Under the pieces are notes generated by a model that saw only the letters and a program-made list of their open reading frames with translations, did no database searches and was not told the DNA's origin. A program made the position numbers and the translations under genes. Source: a bacterium (GTDB lineage Bacteria > Electryoneota > Electryoneia > Electryoneales > Electryoneaceae). Taken from it: 64,000 nucleotides of DNA. This document shows positions 1 through 10,139 of the stretch, piece by piece (the stretch's first letter is position 1; the number at the start of each line of letters is the position of its first letter). The DNA lies in the NCBI GenBank assembly GCA_963669175.1, contig OY769902.1, positions 640,001-704,000 on the forward strand. The letters are read 5' to 3'.

Positions 1-1833
1 GTTGGCGGCGCTGCATTGGCGACCAGTGGCTTCACCATCGGCTTCCTTGGTCATGTGCTACACATCAAAAAGCTGGAGCGTTTTGTTAAACCGGCTATCG
101 CCATTGCCTTCCTGGGTTATGGATCGTCCCTGTTTGCGCTCCTGTTTGATATTGGCCTGCCCTGGCGTTTCTGGCATCCGTTCGTCTACTGGAACATTCA
201 CTCTTTCCTGTTTGAAGTGTTCTGGTGCGTGTCATTCTATTTTATGATCACGTTCATCGAATTGAGCCCGACACTGCTTGAACGTATCGGTCTGGCGGGA
301 TTACGTGGCTGGCTGCATAAGTTCGCCGCAGTGTTTGTCATTATCGGCATCACCCTGTCCAGCATGCACCATACCTCGCTGGGGTCGCTGTTCCTGGTCA
401 CCCCGCAACGTCTGCATGCACTCTGGTACAGCCCGATCATCTCCCTGCTGTTCATCATTTCCGCGATGGGCGGCGGCATGATGGTCCTGCTGCTCCTCAA
501 AGTGCTGGTTTCGTATTGGTACGAACCGGATCGTCTGTTTTCCACAACAAAGCAAACCAGCGGTGTAATTGAATGCAAGGCTTGCACAAACCCGGATGAT
601 AACGGACACGGCCAACCTTCAGAACCGCCGGATATGCCGTCCTTGCGTTTGCTGGCAACCATTGCCGCTGGCATACTGGGCTTTTACCTGGTGCTGAAGG
701 TAGCGGATCTGGTATTGCGTCCGGACGCCGTCGCAGCCTTGAAAGCGGGAACCTGGGAAAGCTGGCTGTATGGCATCGAAATGGTATTCGGCGTTGTTCT
801 GCCGATTATCATGGTGATGATTCCCAAGATTCGTCGTTCCGCTTCAGGACTGGCCGTTGCGGCAGCCTTTGCGGCGAGTGGCCTGGCCCTGAACCGAATG
901 AACGTCGGTATTTTCGGATACTTCCGTGACGCCGGATCGGTTTATTTCCCATCCGCTGTTGAATGGGCTATTACGGTGGGCGTGTTGTCCATGGCCGGGC
1001 TGGCTTTCTTCTTCCTGGTGGAGAATTTCACCGTATTCAACGACAACTGGAAACTGCGCGGTCTGCAACAACGACGCATTACTTCCGCATTTGACCGTCT
1101 GACCTTTGTCTGGCATCATCGCCTGTTGACCGGGCTGGAACGTGTCACCCTGATTGGCGTGGTCGCGGTTCCGGTGGCGTTTCTGTTGCTGTATCCGGAC
1201 TACCATAAAGATCCGGTGACGATGGTTCAGCAACCGACTGCGATTGATTTGACACGTGACACCCTGTTGATTGACGGCAACCGTACAGGCGTATCCGCGG
1301 TTTTCGCGCACAAGGCTCACCAGCAGCGTCTTGGTGGCGACCAGTCCTGCGGAAAGTGTCATCACCTGGCCATGCCGGACGATCAGGCCACACCCTGCAC
1401 CTATTGCCACAGCGCCATGGAAACGGACACCCGCATCTTCGACCACAAGCAACATGCTACCCTGGTGGCGGAAGACAAGGGATTGGGCGGCTGGCATCCG
1501 GAAAACCAGTCCTGTACTCAATGCCATACTCCGTTTATGGCGAAGAATGCGGAATCGGCCAAGGGATGCCTTGAGTGTCATGAACAGGACATGAAGCCGG
1601 TTGATCCGCCGGAAGCAAAGCTGGCGATGATGGAAGCTATTGATTATCACCAGGCCATGCACCAGACCTGTATTCCGTGCCACAAGGAAGAAGCGGCGCG
1701 TGTGGAAATGGCGCACCTTGGCGATTGTGCCACATGCCACTACGGAGACGTTAATACTCTTACTCCGCAAGAAATTGAGGAAGAGTCGTCCCAACTGGCC
1801 TCATTATTGTCGTATCTTGGGATTAAGCGATAA
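1..1833 (+). CDS. NrfD/HybB/HmcC-family quinol-interacting membrane subunit fused to a C-terminal hexaheme c3-like cytochrome (5' end lies outside the window)
   Basis: Frame open from base 1 (VGGAALATSGFT). NrfD-type motifs DIGLPWRFWHP, SFLFEVFWC, LSSMHHTSLGSL, LNRMNV, YFPSAVEW; many TM segments. The C-terminus has six CxxCH motifs (CGKCH, CTYCH, CTQCH, CLECH, CIPCH, CATCH) and c3-type FxHxxH motifs. Confidence 0.88.
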   Translation, partial: VGGAALATSGFTIGFLGHVLHIKKLERFVKPAIAIAFLGYGSSLFALLFDIGLPWRFWHPFVYWNIHSFLFEVFWCVSFYFMITFIELSPTLLERIGLAGLRGWLHKFAAVFVIIGITLSSMHHTSLGSLFLVTPQRLHALWYSPIISLLFIISAMGGGMMVLLLLKVLVSYWYEPDRLFSTTKQTSGVIECKACTNPDDNGHGQPSEPPDMPSLRLLATIAAGILGFYLVLKVADLVLRPDAVAALKAGTWESWLYGIEMVFGVVLPIIMVMIPKIRRSASGLAVAAAFAASGLALNRMNVGIFGYFRDAGSVYFPSAVEWAITVGVLSMAGLAFFFLVENFTVFNDNWKLRGLQQRRITSAFDRLTFVWHHRLLTGLERVTLIGVVAVPVAFLLLYPDYHKDPVTMVQQPTAIDLTRDTLLIDGNRTGVSAVFAHKAHQQRLGGDQSCGKCHHLAMPDDQATPCTYCHSAMETDTRIFDHKQHATLVAEDKGLGGWHPENQSCTQCHTPFMAKNAESAKGCLECHEQDMKPVDPPEAKLAMMEAIDYHQAMHQTCIPCHKEEAARVEMAHLGDCATCHYGDVNTLTPQEIEEESSQLASLLSYLGIKR

Positions 1834-1853
1834 GTTAACAAGGAGGAAGCGCC

Positions 1854-1997
1854 ATGTGGAAAAGTGAAACCTGCACCGTGTGCAACCTCGTTGTCCTGAT
1901 CGCCGGGGTTGGTGTGTTGATGGTCGCCTTCGTCTGTGCGGTGTGTAAAGACTGCGCGACAAAGTTGTGCTGCTGTTTCAGGAAGAGGAAGGCATAG
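1854..1997 (+). CDS. 47-aa Cys-rich single-pass membrane microprotein (not in ORF track)
   Basis: AGGAGG at 1841-1846, 7 nt before ATG 1854. Translation MWKSETCTVCNLVVLIAGVGVLMVAFVCAVCKDCATKLCCCFRKRKA*. Lies between the cytochrome stop and a terminator. Confidence 0.7.
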   Translation: MWKSETCTVCNLVVLIAGVGVLMVAFVCAVCKDCATKLCCCFRKRKA

Positions 1998-2025
1998 TCA
2001 GGCTGCCTTACCATGTTGAACTTTC

Positions 2026-2061
2026 AACCGCTGCCGTGTAAACGGTGGCGGTTTTTCGTTT
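2026..2061 (+). terminator. Rho-independent terminator
   Basis: Stem AACCGCTGCCGT-gtaa-ACGGTGGCGGTT followed by TTTCGTTT. Confidence 0.85.
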
Positions 2062-2344
2062 GAAATTAATTGAAAATGGTCTGTCGGCACTCTTAAACTT
2101 GCTTTATCCGGAAAAAAAGGCGTTCTTTGGGAAGTTCTAATGCTGGCATCTCACGGACGAGAGAGATAAAATACATCTAAACCGAATATTTCATGAACGG
2201 AACATGGATATTCATCTTAACACAGTTCATATCAACACAATACAACTGATTCATACAGCATTTTTCAGGGGACAGTTTGCTCCGGTATCCCTTTGCGTGT
2301 CTATTCCCTGTTTCGCTGGCAAAATAGGCTGAGAATCGGCAACC

Positions 2345-2595
2345 GCCCCGGCAGGGGCAACCTGTATTAGCCCCGGGCAGCCGCCGTCAGTTTGGCGGCT
2401 ACCCGGGGAGATAATGCGCACCATATATTTACTCCGGAAGGAGTAACCTGATAATTATCAAAAGTATACAGTGGAAATATTCAGGCAACCCGCTGCCGGG
2501 GTTGGCAAGTAGCGTACATCCTATTCCCACCGTGAGCGCCAAACAGACGGCGCTGGACGGTGGGCTAATACAGAGAACCACTGCCGTGGTTCTTG
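2345..2595. repeat. REP/REPIN-like inverted-repeat element
   Basis: CTGTATTAGCCC (2362) and its complement GGGCTAATACAG (~2562) flank two related hairpins (CGCCGTCAGTTTGGCG versus CGCCAAACAGACGGCG). Small hairpins GCCCCGGCAGGGGC and AGAACCACTGCCGTGGTTCT sit at the ends. Confidence 0.65.
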
Positions 2596-2753
2596 TACTG
2601 GCCATTCCATCAAATACCAAATTTGAAATTGCATTGGTGAAATATTCGGGCTAAACCGCACAGATGTTGGGGATTAAAACTATTGCTGTTTGAAACCAGC
2701 TACATGCTATCTGATTTGTTCGAGACTTCAGGAACCTTACCAACGAGGCTGCC

Positions 2754-5700
2754 ATGTTTCGATCTACTCGTCTTGTTTTTTGCTTGCCTGTTGTTCTGCT
2801 GTTGTTCGTTGTCAGCTCAGCTCATGTGTACCTTGGTCCCGAGAACGAAAAATACCTGGCGCACTCCCACAAGGGCGAACACAATCCTCATCCCGGCTGG
2901 CATATCGATGAACTGGATGAGGCGGGCGGTCCGGATGCTGGCGGATATGTCTATCGTGACAGCAACGAAGAAGACGGCCCCGTGTATGCCTGGGTGGATA
3001 TATCCGCAACAGGAACCGCCATTACCGACATGGATGATGATGACTATTCCGATCCGATTGAGTTGCCGTGGACGTTCTCCTTTTACGGCAACGATTACAC
3101 GGAAGTCTATATCTGCTCCAACGGCTTCCTGAGGTTCGGTCTGGGCAGCGAAGAATATGACAACACCGCTCTGCCGGACTACGAAGCGCCCAACAACCTG
3201 CTGGCCTTTTTCTGGAACGATCTGGACCCGTCTTCCGGCGGAACGATTTATTACGGTGTCGATAACCAGAACCGTTGGATCTGCCAGTTTGACCAGATAC
3301 GTGAATTTGACGACAGCGGCGCTATCACCGCCGAAGTGATTCTGGATGAATCCGGCGCCATCCTTTTCCAGTACGAAGCATTGGAAAACGGCATTGACAT
3401 TGGCGGCGAGACCATCGGTATCGAAAACGAGTTCGGCGCCATCGGATTAACGGTTTCCCTTGACGATTCCCCGGAAAGTTACCCCTACGCATCACTGGCC
3501 GTTCTTCTGGAACAGCTTGAGTTTGACGCTACTCTGTCCGGCACGATAACCGACACTGAAAACGGCCGTGGAGTTGCCGGGGTAACGGTTGAATTCGGAA
3601 ACCTCAGCACTGTTTCCGATGTCAATGGGAATTACAGCTTAGACGAAATCTGGTCCGGGGTGTACGATGTGCATGTGTACGCCAACGGCTATTTCGACAC
3701 TCGCGCCGAAGATGTTGTGCTGACAACAGGCGACAACACATACAATTACATGTTGACTCCCTCCGGAATGCCTTCGGGGTTTGTCGGGTACTGGACTTTT
3801 GACGATCAGCAGGATCTCCTGCATGCGGATGTGGGGAATGATCTCGTACTGGTCGGCGCCCACACCGCAATTGACGGCCCGGATGATGACGACAACGCAG
3901 TGACCATTACAGAAGGCAACTTCTACAGGTGTTATCATGACATCGCACCTAACGGCGCGTATGGAGAACCGGAGTGGGTCAATCAGTTTACCATCGTAAT
4001 GGACATCCGTATTCCCGAACTGGATGACTGGTACTGCATCTACCAAACCAACTACGAAAACAGCAATGACGGCGACTGCTTTGTCCATACGTCTGGCGCG
4101 GTCGGGGTGGCTGCAACGGGCTATTCCGATTACAACCTGGTTCCCGGGGAATGGTATCGTCTGGCGATATCGGCCAACCTGGGTGTGAGCTACAATTACT
4201 ACCTGGACGGCCGTTTGCTGCAAATCGGCGGAGCGCAGAGTTATGAAGGACGTTTTGCTTTATACCCGGCAAACGACGCTAACCAGGTTTTGTTCTTCGC
4301 CGACAACAATGATGAAGACGGTCCGATTGATGTGGCGCAAATCCAACTCTATGACCGTGACCTGACAGCTTCTGAAATCGCTACCCTCGGGGGATACGGG
4401 CATGAGTTTGAAAGCCCGGAAATTTACTATATGGACCCTTTCCTCCAAACCCCCACGCCCAACTCCATATATGTTTGCTGGCATTCGTCCAGCTCAACAG
4501 AATCCATCCTGAACTATGGGCTCGACGAAACGCTTGATATGCAGGCCACCGGAGACCATCACGTTTTCAATGAAGCCACCATATGGCACTGGGTGAAGCT
4601 GGAAAATCTCGATCCCCTGACAACCTATTATTACCGTGTCATCAGTGGCGCGGACTCTTCCGAAATCCACGCTTTCACAACCCAGCAGGTGGATGGTAAC
4701 GACCAGCGACCTGTCCGGTTTGTCGTGTACAGCGATCCCCAAACCAGTGAGGGTCATCATGCTGTCATCGAGGCGATGGAAGAGAAACTGGTTGAACTGT
4801 ACGGCGAGGATTTTCACGAAGATGTCCAACTGATCATGACCACGGGGGATATTGTCAACACCGGAAGCGATCTGGCGCAGTATACGTCCCTGTTTTTCAA
4901 CAACAATGCCCCTGTCACCGATAATCTGCCACTCATGAACGCGATTGGCAATCATGAAGCGGAAGCGGAAATTTATTATGACTATATGCTGTACGATGAT
5001 TTCGCCGGCCCTGAAGGTGAAGTGTATTATTCATTCTGGGTCGGAAACGCCCTTTATATTGTACTGAACAGCAATATTCAGGGTGACACCCAGATAACTT
5101 GGCTGGAGAACCTTCTGGATGATGCGGAAGCCGATCCTGCTCTCGATTGGGTGTTTGTTTTCCTGCACCACCCGGGGCGCAGCGAAACCTGGCCGGATGG
5201 AAATACGGCGTGGACACAGAATGAAGTCATCCCGCTGCTGACACAACATCCGAAGGTGGAGATGCTGTGTTATGGACATACGCATTCCTATGAACGTGGC
5301 GCGCCCATTGACGGTACTGTTCGCCTGATGTGTTTCGGCGGTGGCGGTGGACATCTGGATCGCTGGCGTGATTATGAAAACCAGACTGATTATCCTGAAA
5401 TTCACCGTGCACACGACTATTACGGATACGCCATTTTCGAGATCAATCCCACGACAGAATCCTATTCCGCCACTGCCTATACATTGGGAAACGAAGATCA
5501 TCCGCTGGAAAACACTGTCATGGATAGCTGGGTCCGTGACCGTACAGCAGCGCCGCCTTTGCAGCCTCAAAGTTATTTCCCGGACAGCCAGGGTGATATC
5601 AATACTGTTTTAACCGCTTCCCCCTGCATTTCCATGTTTCCCGTGATGAGTTCGCAGTTCCAGGTAAGCACATCTCAGGAGGACTGGTCAAATCCGGTTG

Positions 5701-6467
5701 TTGACAGTAAACGTGACTGGGAAAATGTGTATTACGATACCGGTGATCCGGATTACGAGCCAATTGATCTGAATGAAGGCATTGACTTGACACGCCTGAA
5801 CCTGGGTGAGATGTTTGAGGTTGGCGAAACCCTGTTCTGGCGCGTTCGCTATCGTGATCAGAACCTGCTGTGGAGCGAGTGGTCCGATACCTCAGAGTTT
5901 GTTGTGGCAGATCTTCCGCCAGGTGCAGAGTTTACTTCTATCATCCAAGTCGCAAGCCCAGTTGATGACATTCATTTTACCGATTTGTCGATCGGAGAAG
6001 TGGAGAGCTGGAGTTGGGATCTTGACGGGGACAATGTAATCGATTCGGAAGAACGTGATCCTGTTTTCCAATATGAGGAAGCAGGGGAATATACTGTTAC
6101 ACTTACCGTAGTGATTGACGGCGCTACCTATACAGAAGTCAAGACAGACTACATCCGGATTGTGGATGAACGTACCGAAGAAGCTGATCGGGCCATCCCG
6201 GACCGGTTCGACGTGTCACCCCCCTACCCGAACCCGTTCAACGCTTCAACCATTGTTACGGTGGCATTGCCCGGCGAATCCAGGCTCGAGGTCACGCTGT
6301 TCAACATCCTCGGCCAGGAAGTGGTCACCTTGTTCGAAGGAACCGCTACAGGTGGATACAAAACTTTCAATCTGGATTCACAAACCATCGCGAGCGGGAC
6401 GTATTACCTTCAAGTTAGCAGTCCGGTGTTCGGCACAAAGATCAGGAAAGTGGTCTGCCTGAAATAG
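2754..6467 (+). CDS. Secreted multidomain purple-acid-phosphatase-like metallophosphoesterase (GGPD/nidogen-like, carboxypeptidase-regulatory-like, LamG-like, FN3, phosphoesterase, PKD, T9SS-type CTD)
   Basis: Signal peptide; metallophosphoesterase motifs YSDPQ, TGDIV, IGNHE, LHHP, GHTHSYER; PKD motif WSWDLDGD...GEYTVTLTV; C-terminal YPNPFN...KVVCLK. Confidence 0.85.
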   Translation: MFRSTRLVFCLPVVLLLFVVSSAHVYLGPENEKYLAHSHKGEHNPHPGWHIDELDEAGGPDAGGYVYRDSNEEDGPVYAWVDISATGTAITDMDDDDYSDPIELPWTFSFYGNDYTEVYICSNGFLRFGLGSEEYDNTALPDYEAPNNLLAFFWNDLDPSSGGTIYYGVDNQNRWICQFDQIREFDDSGAITAEVILDESGAILFQYEALENGIDIGGETIGIENEFGAIGLTVSLDDSPESYPYASLAVLLEQLEFDATLSGTITDTENGRGVAGVTVEFGNLSTVSDVNGNYSLDEIWSGVYDVHVYANGYFDTRAEDVVLTTGDNTYNYMLTPSGMPSGFVGYWTFDDQQDLLHADVGNDLVLVGAHTAIDGPDDDDNAVTITEGNFYRCYHDIAPNGAYGEPEWVNQFTIVMDIRIPELDDWYCIYQTNYENSNDGDCFVHTSGAVGVAATGYSDYNLVPGEWYRLAISANLGVSYNYYLDGRLLQIGGAQSYEGRFALYPANDANQVLFFADNNDEDGPIDVAQIQLYDRDLTASEIATLGGYGHEFESPEIYYMDPFLQTPTPNSIYVCWHSSSSTESILNYGLDETLDMQATGDHHVFNEATIWHWVKLENLDPLTTYYYRVISGADSSEIHAFTTQQVDGNDQRPVRFVVYSDPQTSEGHHAVIEAMEEKLVELYGEDFHEDVQLIMTTGDIVNTGSDLAQYTSLFFNNNAPVTDNLPLMNAIGNHEAEAEIYYDYMLYDDFAGPEGEVYYSFWVGNALYIVLNSNIQGDTQITWLENLLDDAEADPALDWVFVFLHHPGRSETWPDGNTAWTQNEVIPLLTQHPKVEMLCYGHTHSYERGAPIDGTVRLMCFGGGGGHLDRWRDYENQTDYPEIHRAHDYYGYAIFEINPTTESYSATAYTLGNEDHPLENTVMDSWVRDRTAAPPLQPQSYFPDSQGDINTVLTASPCISMFPVMSSQFQVSTSQEDWSNPVVDSKRDWENVYYDTGDPDYEPIDLNEGIDLTRLNLGEMFEVGETLFWRVRYRDQNLLWSEWSDTSEFVVADLPPGAEFTSIIQVASPVDDIHFTDLSIGEVESWSWDLDGDNVIDSEERDPVFQYEEAGEYTVTLTVVIDGATYTEVKTDYIRIVDERTEEADRAIPDRFDVSPPYPNPFNASTIVTVALPGESRLEVTLFNILGQEVVTLFEGTATGGYKTFNLDSQTIASGTYYLQVSSPVFGTKIRKVVCLK

Positions 6468-6566
6468 AGTTTATGCCTTTTCAGGAAATTCTGTTTTAAG
6501 GCTTTCATTTTTGATTCGTTTTGAAGATATTCGGAATGCACACCATAAACATGACAGGAGATAATT

Positions 6567-7415
6567 GTGGACACTGATATCATACGGACTCTAACTGACA
6601 CTTTTGAGGCGCATGCCCAACAGACCGAGAACGGTGTCGAGTTCTGGCTGGCGAGAGACTTACAACAGCTTCTTGGTTACAGCAAATGGGAAAACTTTTC
6701 GCTGGTTATCAATAAAGCTAAGATCGCTTGCGAAGTTAGTGGCCATGAGGTTCCAGACCATTTTCCTGACGTCAGGAAAATGGTCGAATTAGGTTCCGGT
6801 AGCAAGCGTGAAATTGATGATATCATGCTGACACGTTATGCCTGCTACTTGATTGCCCAGAATGGCGACCCACGCAAGCAACCGATTGCCTTCGCGCAGA
6901 CCTATTTTGCTATGCAGACACGTCGAGCAGAGCTGATTGAAAAACGGCTGCTCGAAGCAGAGCGGGTCTCGGCACGCAACAAGCTGAAAGCTACAGAAAA
7001 AGAACTATCCTCGGTCATCTATGAACATACTGGCGGAAATGAAAGTTTTGGCATCATACGGAATAAGGGTGATCAAGCCCTTTTTGGCAAATCCACACGG
7101 GAAATGAAGGCAATCTGGAAAGTCCCGGATCGTCGCCCCCTTGCCGATTTTGCACCGACGATTATTCTGAAAGCAAAGGATTTTGCGACCGAGATCACTA
7201 TCTTTAACACCCGTGAACATGACTTCCGTTCAGAAGGCAAAATTTCCAGTGAACACGTCACCAACAACAAGGCCGTTCGTGATACCCTTTTAAATCGTGG
7301 TATTCGACCGGAATCTTTGTCCCCCGACGAAGATGTCAAAAAGGTCGAGCGACGATTGTCCAAAGAAAACAAAAAGGCTTTGCAACACCCCGATGGACTG
7401 GAAATCGAAGAGTAA
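6567..7415 (+). CDS. dinD: DNA damage-inducible protein D
   Basis: EFWLARDLQQLLGY, DHFPDVRKMV, LTRYACYLIAQNGDPRK, AFAQTYFA, RPLADF, EHVTNNKAVR; RBS AGGAG before a GTG start. Confidence 0.92.
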   Translation: MDTDIIRTLTDTFEAHAQQTENGVEFWLARDLQQLLGYSKWENFSLVINKAKIACEVSGHEVPDHFPDVRKMVELGSGSKREIDDIMLTRYACYLIAQNGDPRKQPIAFAQTYFAMQTRRAELIEKRLLEAERVSARNKLKATEKELSSVIYEHTGGNESFGIIRNKGDQALFGKSTREMKAIWKVPDRRPLADFAPTIILKAKDFATEITIFNTREHDFRSEGKISSEHVTNNKAVRDTLLNRGIRPESLSPDEDVKKVERRLSKENKKALQHPDGLEIEE

Positions 7416-7423
7416 TACAACTG

Positions 7424-7650
7424 TTCTCGATTTTATTCCGTCATAACAGAGCTTGCCGGGAAAAGGGGACGGGATCCTTTTCCTCGCGCTTATACAGAAT
7501 ATTCGTGAAGTATTCCTGGAAAAGGAAACTGTCCCCTTTTCCGTGTAATTCCTGCCTGCTCTCAAGAAAAAGGGTACAGCCACCTTTCCCGGTCCATACC
7601 CACAGCGGGAAAGCTTTGCCCCAGGGAAAGGAGGCAGTCCCCTTTTTCCA
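7424..7650. repeat. Cluster of four GGAAAAGGGGAC..TCCCCTTTTCC-type palindromes (REP-like family A)
   Basis: Palindromic units near 7459, 7518, 7566 and 7625. A 31-nt core at 7453-7483 is identical to 10321-10351. Confidence 0.75.
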
Positions 7651-7756
7651 TATCCTTTATCCCAATAATATAGTTGACCTTTCGCTGATATGGCACATGA
7701 CCATATGACGGACTAATAATGGGAATCGATATTTTTTTACCGCAGGGGAAACAGGT

Positions 7757-9064
7757 TTATCGTTCAATCACCTCATACGCATATGGTTCAAGCGCTACTG
7801 TCAAATCCGGACCAAGGACGGTACTGTAGGGTTGACCGGTGAAGTTGATTGCCACGACTACCTTTTTCCCGTTCAGAGAGCGTTCGAAAATCAGCACGTC
7901 TGCGTCGTCCTTAGGATCGATACGTGTCAGGTCGCCTTTACGCAGGATTTCGCTGGTCTGGCGCATATGCAGGAGATCCTGGTAAAACGCCAGCGCTTCG
8001 TCTGCACCCTCGCGATCCCAGTCGATCGGTTCCTTTTCGAACAGGCTGGGACGGTGTGTCGCGCCAACTTCCTGTCCGCTGTAGATCAATGGGATTCCGG
8101 GCAGGGTGAAGATCAACGCGGCATAGGGCTTCGCCTGGGGCCAGCCGAAAACTTCCGCGGAACGATTTTCGTCATGGTTTTCGATAAACCGCATGGGCAA
8201 TGCGCCTGCCGGGTACATATCCTTGAAACGGTCGATTACCAGCCACAGACTGTCAACATCAATCCCACCTTCGTTGTGTTCCTTCATGCGATGGTACAGA
8301 TCCCAATCGTATACAGACTGAAAGCCATCGTCAATCAACCGTGGTTCCCAGCCTTCAGCCAACATGAAAAAGTCGGGCTTGATTTTCCGTATCCTGGGAA
8401 TAACATGCTTCCAGAAGGAATCGGGCACCATGGCTGCGACATCGCAACGGAACCCGTCAACATCCATCTCCTCGGCCCAGTACTCGAGCATGCGTGTCAG
8501 GTAGGTTACCACTTCCGGGTTATCATAATTCCAGTCGGTTACATCGGACCAGTCCGCTACTTCGCGGGTAAACGCGCCGCTCGAATCCTGCGCATACCAG
8601 TCCGGATGCAAGGCCATTTCTACATGGTCATTGGCGACATGGTTCATGACCATATCCAGCATAACACGCATTCCCAGCGAATGGGCATCGCCGATCAGAT
8701 CTTCCAGATTATTCAGGCCGCCGTACTCGTCAGCCACATCGAAATAATCCTTGACCGAATAAGGGCATCCCATACCGCCCTTACGTCCATCTTCCCCGAT
8801 TGGATGCACCGGCATTAACCAGATAGTTGTAATACCCATTCGCTTCAATTCTGGCAGTTTTTCACGCAGGTTTTCGAAGTCACCCGCATGGGAAAAGGCG
8901 CGGACATAGACTTCATACAGAGGCCGGCCATCAAACCAGTCATATGTCTGCACTTGCCCTTTAGCCGATTTTTGCGCTTCCTTTTTACCACCGGAACACC
9001 CGATTAAGCCAACAACAAACACAGTCACCAGGATTCCCAAAACCCACATATGAAAAGAACGCAT
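7757..9064 (-). CDS. GH13 alpha-amylase-family lipoprotein
   Basis: Lipobox LIGC; GH13 conserved regions DMVMNH, DGFRCDVA, MLAE, FIENHD. Start 9064 preferred; the ORF can extend to 9079. Confidence 0.92.
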   Translation of the reverse strand: MRSFHMWVLGILVTVFVVGLIGCSGGKKEAQKSAKGQVQTYDWFDGRPLYEVYVRAFSHAGDFENLREKLPELKRMGITTIWLMPVHPIGEDGRKGGMGCPYSVKDYFDVADEYGGLNNLEDLIGDAHSLGMRVMLDMVMNHVANDHVEMALHPDWYAQDSSGAFTREVADWSDVTDWNYDNPEVVTYLTRMLEYWAEEMDVDGFRCDVAAMVPDSFWKHVIPRIRKIKPDFFMLAEGWEPRLIDDGFQSVYDWDLYHRMKEHNEGGIDVDSLWLVIDRFKDMYPAGALPMRFIENHDENRSAEVFGWPQAKPYAALIFTLPGIPLIYSGQEVGATHRPSLFEKEPIDWDREGADEALAFYQDLLHMRQTSEILRKGDLTRIDPKDDADVLIFERSLNGKKVVVAINFTGQPYSTVLGPDLTVALEPYAYEVIER

Positions 9065-9173
9065 CACCAGAACCCCCATTTACTGAAATATTCTAACAGA
9101 ACTACTTGCCCTGAAAGACAGAAGATAACAAACCCATTTGTCGAACGCAGCCAATTACGAATTGTTCCTGCGT

Positions 9174-10139
9174 TTAATGGAACCACCCGCGTTTCCGGAA
9201 GAACAACAACAGGCTACCGGAAACAACTACCATTAACCCGAGCGCGTAGAGATAGCCAAATCGCCATTGAAGCTCCGGCATGATGACAAAGTTCATGCCA
9301 TACAGACCGGTGATTAAAGCCAGCGGTTGAAAGATGGCCGAGATAACCGTGAGCACACGCAACCGCGATTCCGTCTGAGTTTGCAGGTTGGAGTGCATTT
9401 GCATGTTCAGGTCCTGCAAACGTATTTCAAACCGGTTAATCCGGCGCAGCACGTATTCCGCCTGCCCGAACAGGTCTCGCAGGATCATACGGCTGCCGGA
9501 AAAACGAAACGCTTCCGGTTCGGAGGATTGCAGCACCCCGATACAATACAGGATATCTTCCGCGGTCACACCCAGGCGACTGATCCAGCGCTTCACCTCA
9601 AGAATATCGCCCTGGTCCAGGTCTGTGTCCGGATCATCAAGCTGGTCGGCGAAGGTGTTGATATGGTCCCGCACCTTCATCACACTTGCAACCAGACGGT
9701 CAATCATATAATCAATGATATGATACAGCACAGGGGCGGGCGCATAGGCGTGCATCGACATATGTTCGGCAAAGGAAGCGCCAACCTGTTCCAGGTCCGG
9801 GATGGGCTCCATGTGAATCGTGACCACCAGGTCCGTTCGCACGATTACCGATAAATATGCCAGCCGCGTCGCTTCATCGGTTGCCGGTATGGAGAACTGG
9901 GCGTAAAGCTCGTTATCGAAGGGCAGCAGACGTGTCCCGGTAGGAGATTCGAGGATACTTTCACGGACAAGCCGATTAGGTTCAAGCCTGTCCAGCAGGG
10001 TAATCAGCTCCCCGGTATCAGATGATTCCACATCCACCCAGACAGGGTCGGTATACTCCGCCAGCTTCTCCATGGAAAATGGATCTGGGATTGGCACCAG
10101 ACGTTTTTTCTTGCCGATCCTGTACCAGGCAACTTTCAT
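9174..10139 (-). CDS. corA: CorA-family Mg2+/Co2+ transporter
   Basis: C-terminal two TM helices with GLYGMNF and MPELQW; RBS GGGAGG. Confidence 0.9.
   Translation of the reverse strand: MKVAWYRIGKKKRLVPIPDPFSMEKLAEYTDPVWVDVESSDTGELITLLDRLEPNRLVRESILESPTGTRLLPFDNELYAQFSIPATDEATRLAYLSVIVRTDLVVTIHMEPIPDLEQVGASFAEHMSMHAYAPAPVLYHIIDYMIDRLVASVMKVRDHINTFADQLDDPDTDLDQGDILEVKRWISRLGVTAEDILYCIGVLQSSEPEAFRFSGSRMILRDLFGQAEYVLRRINRFEIRLQDLNMQMHSNLQTQTESRLRVLTVISAIFQPLALITGLYGMNFVIMPELQWRFGYLYALGLMVVVSGSLLLFFRKRGWFH

Noticed and set aside
6468-6566. LexA box upstream of dinD
   Set aside because: No CTGT-N8-ACAG or GAAC-N4-GTTC match seen; the lineage-specific box is unknown.
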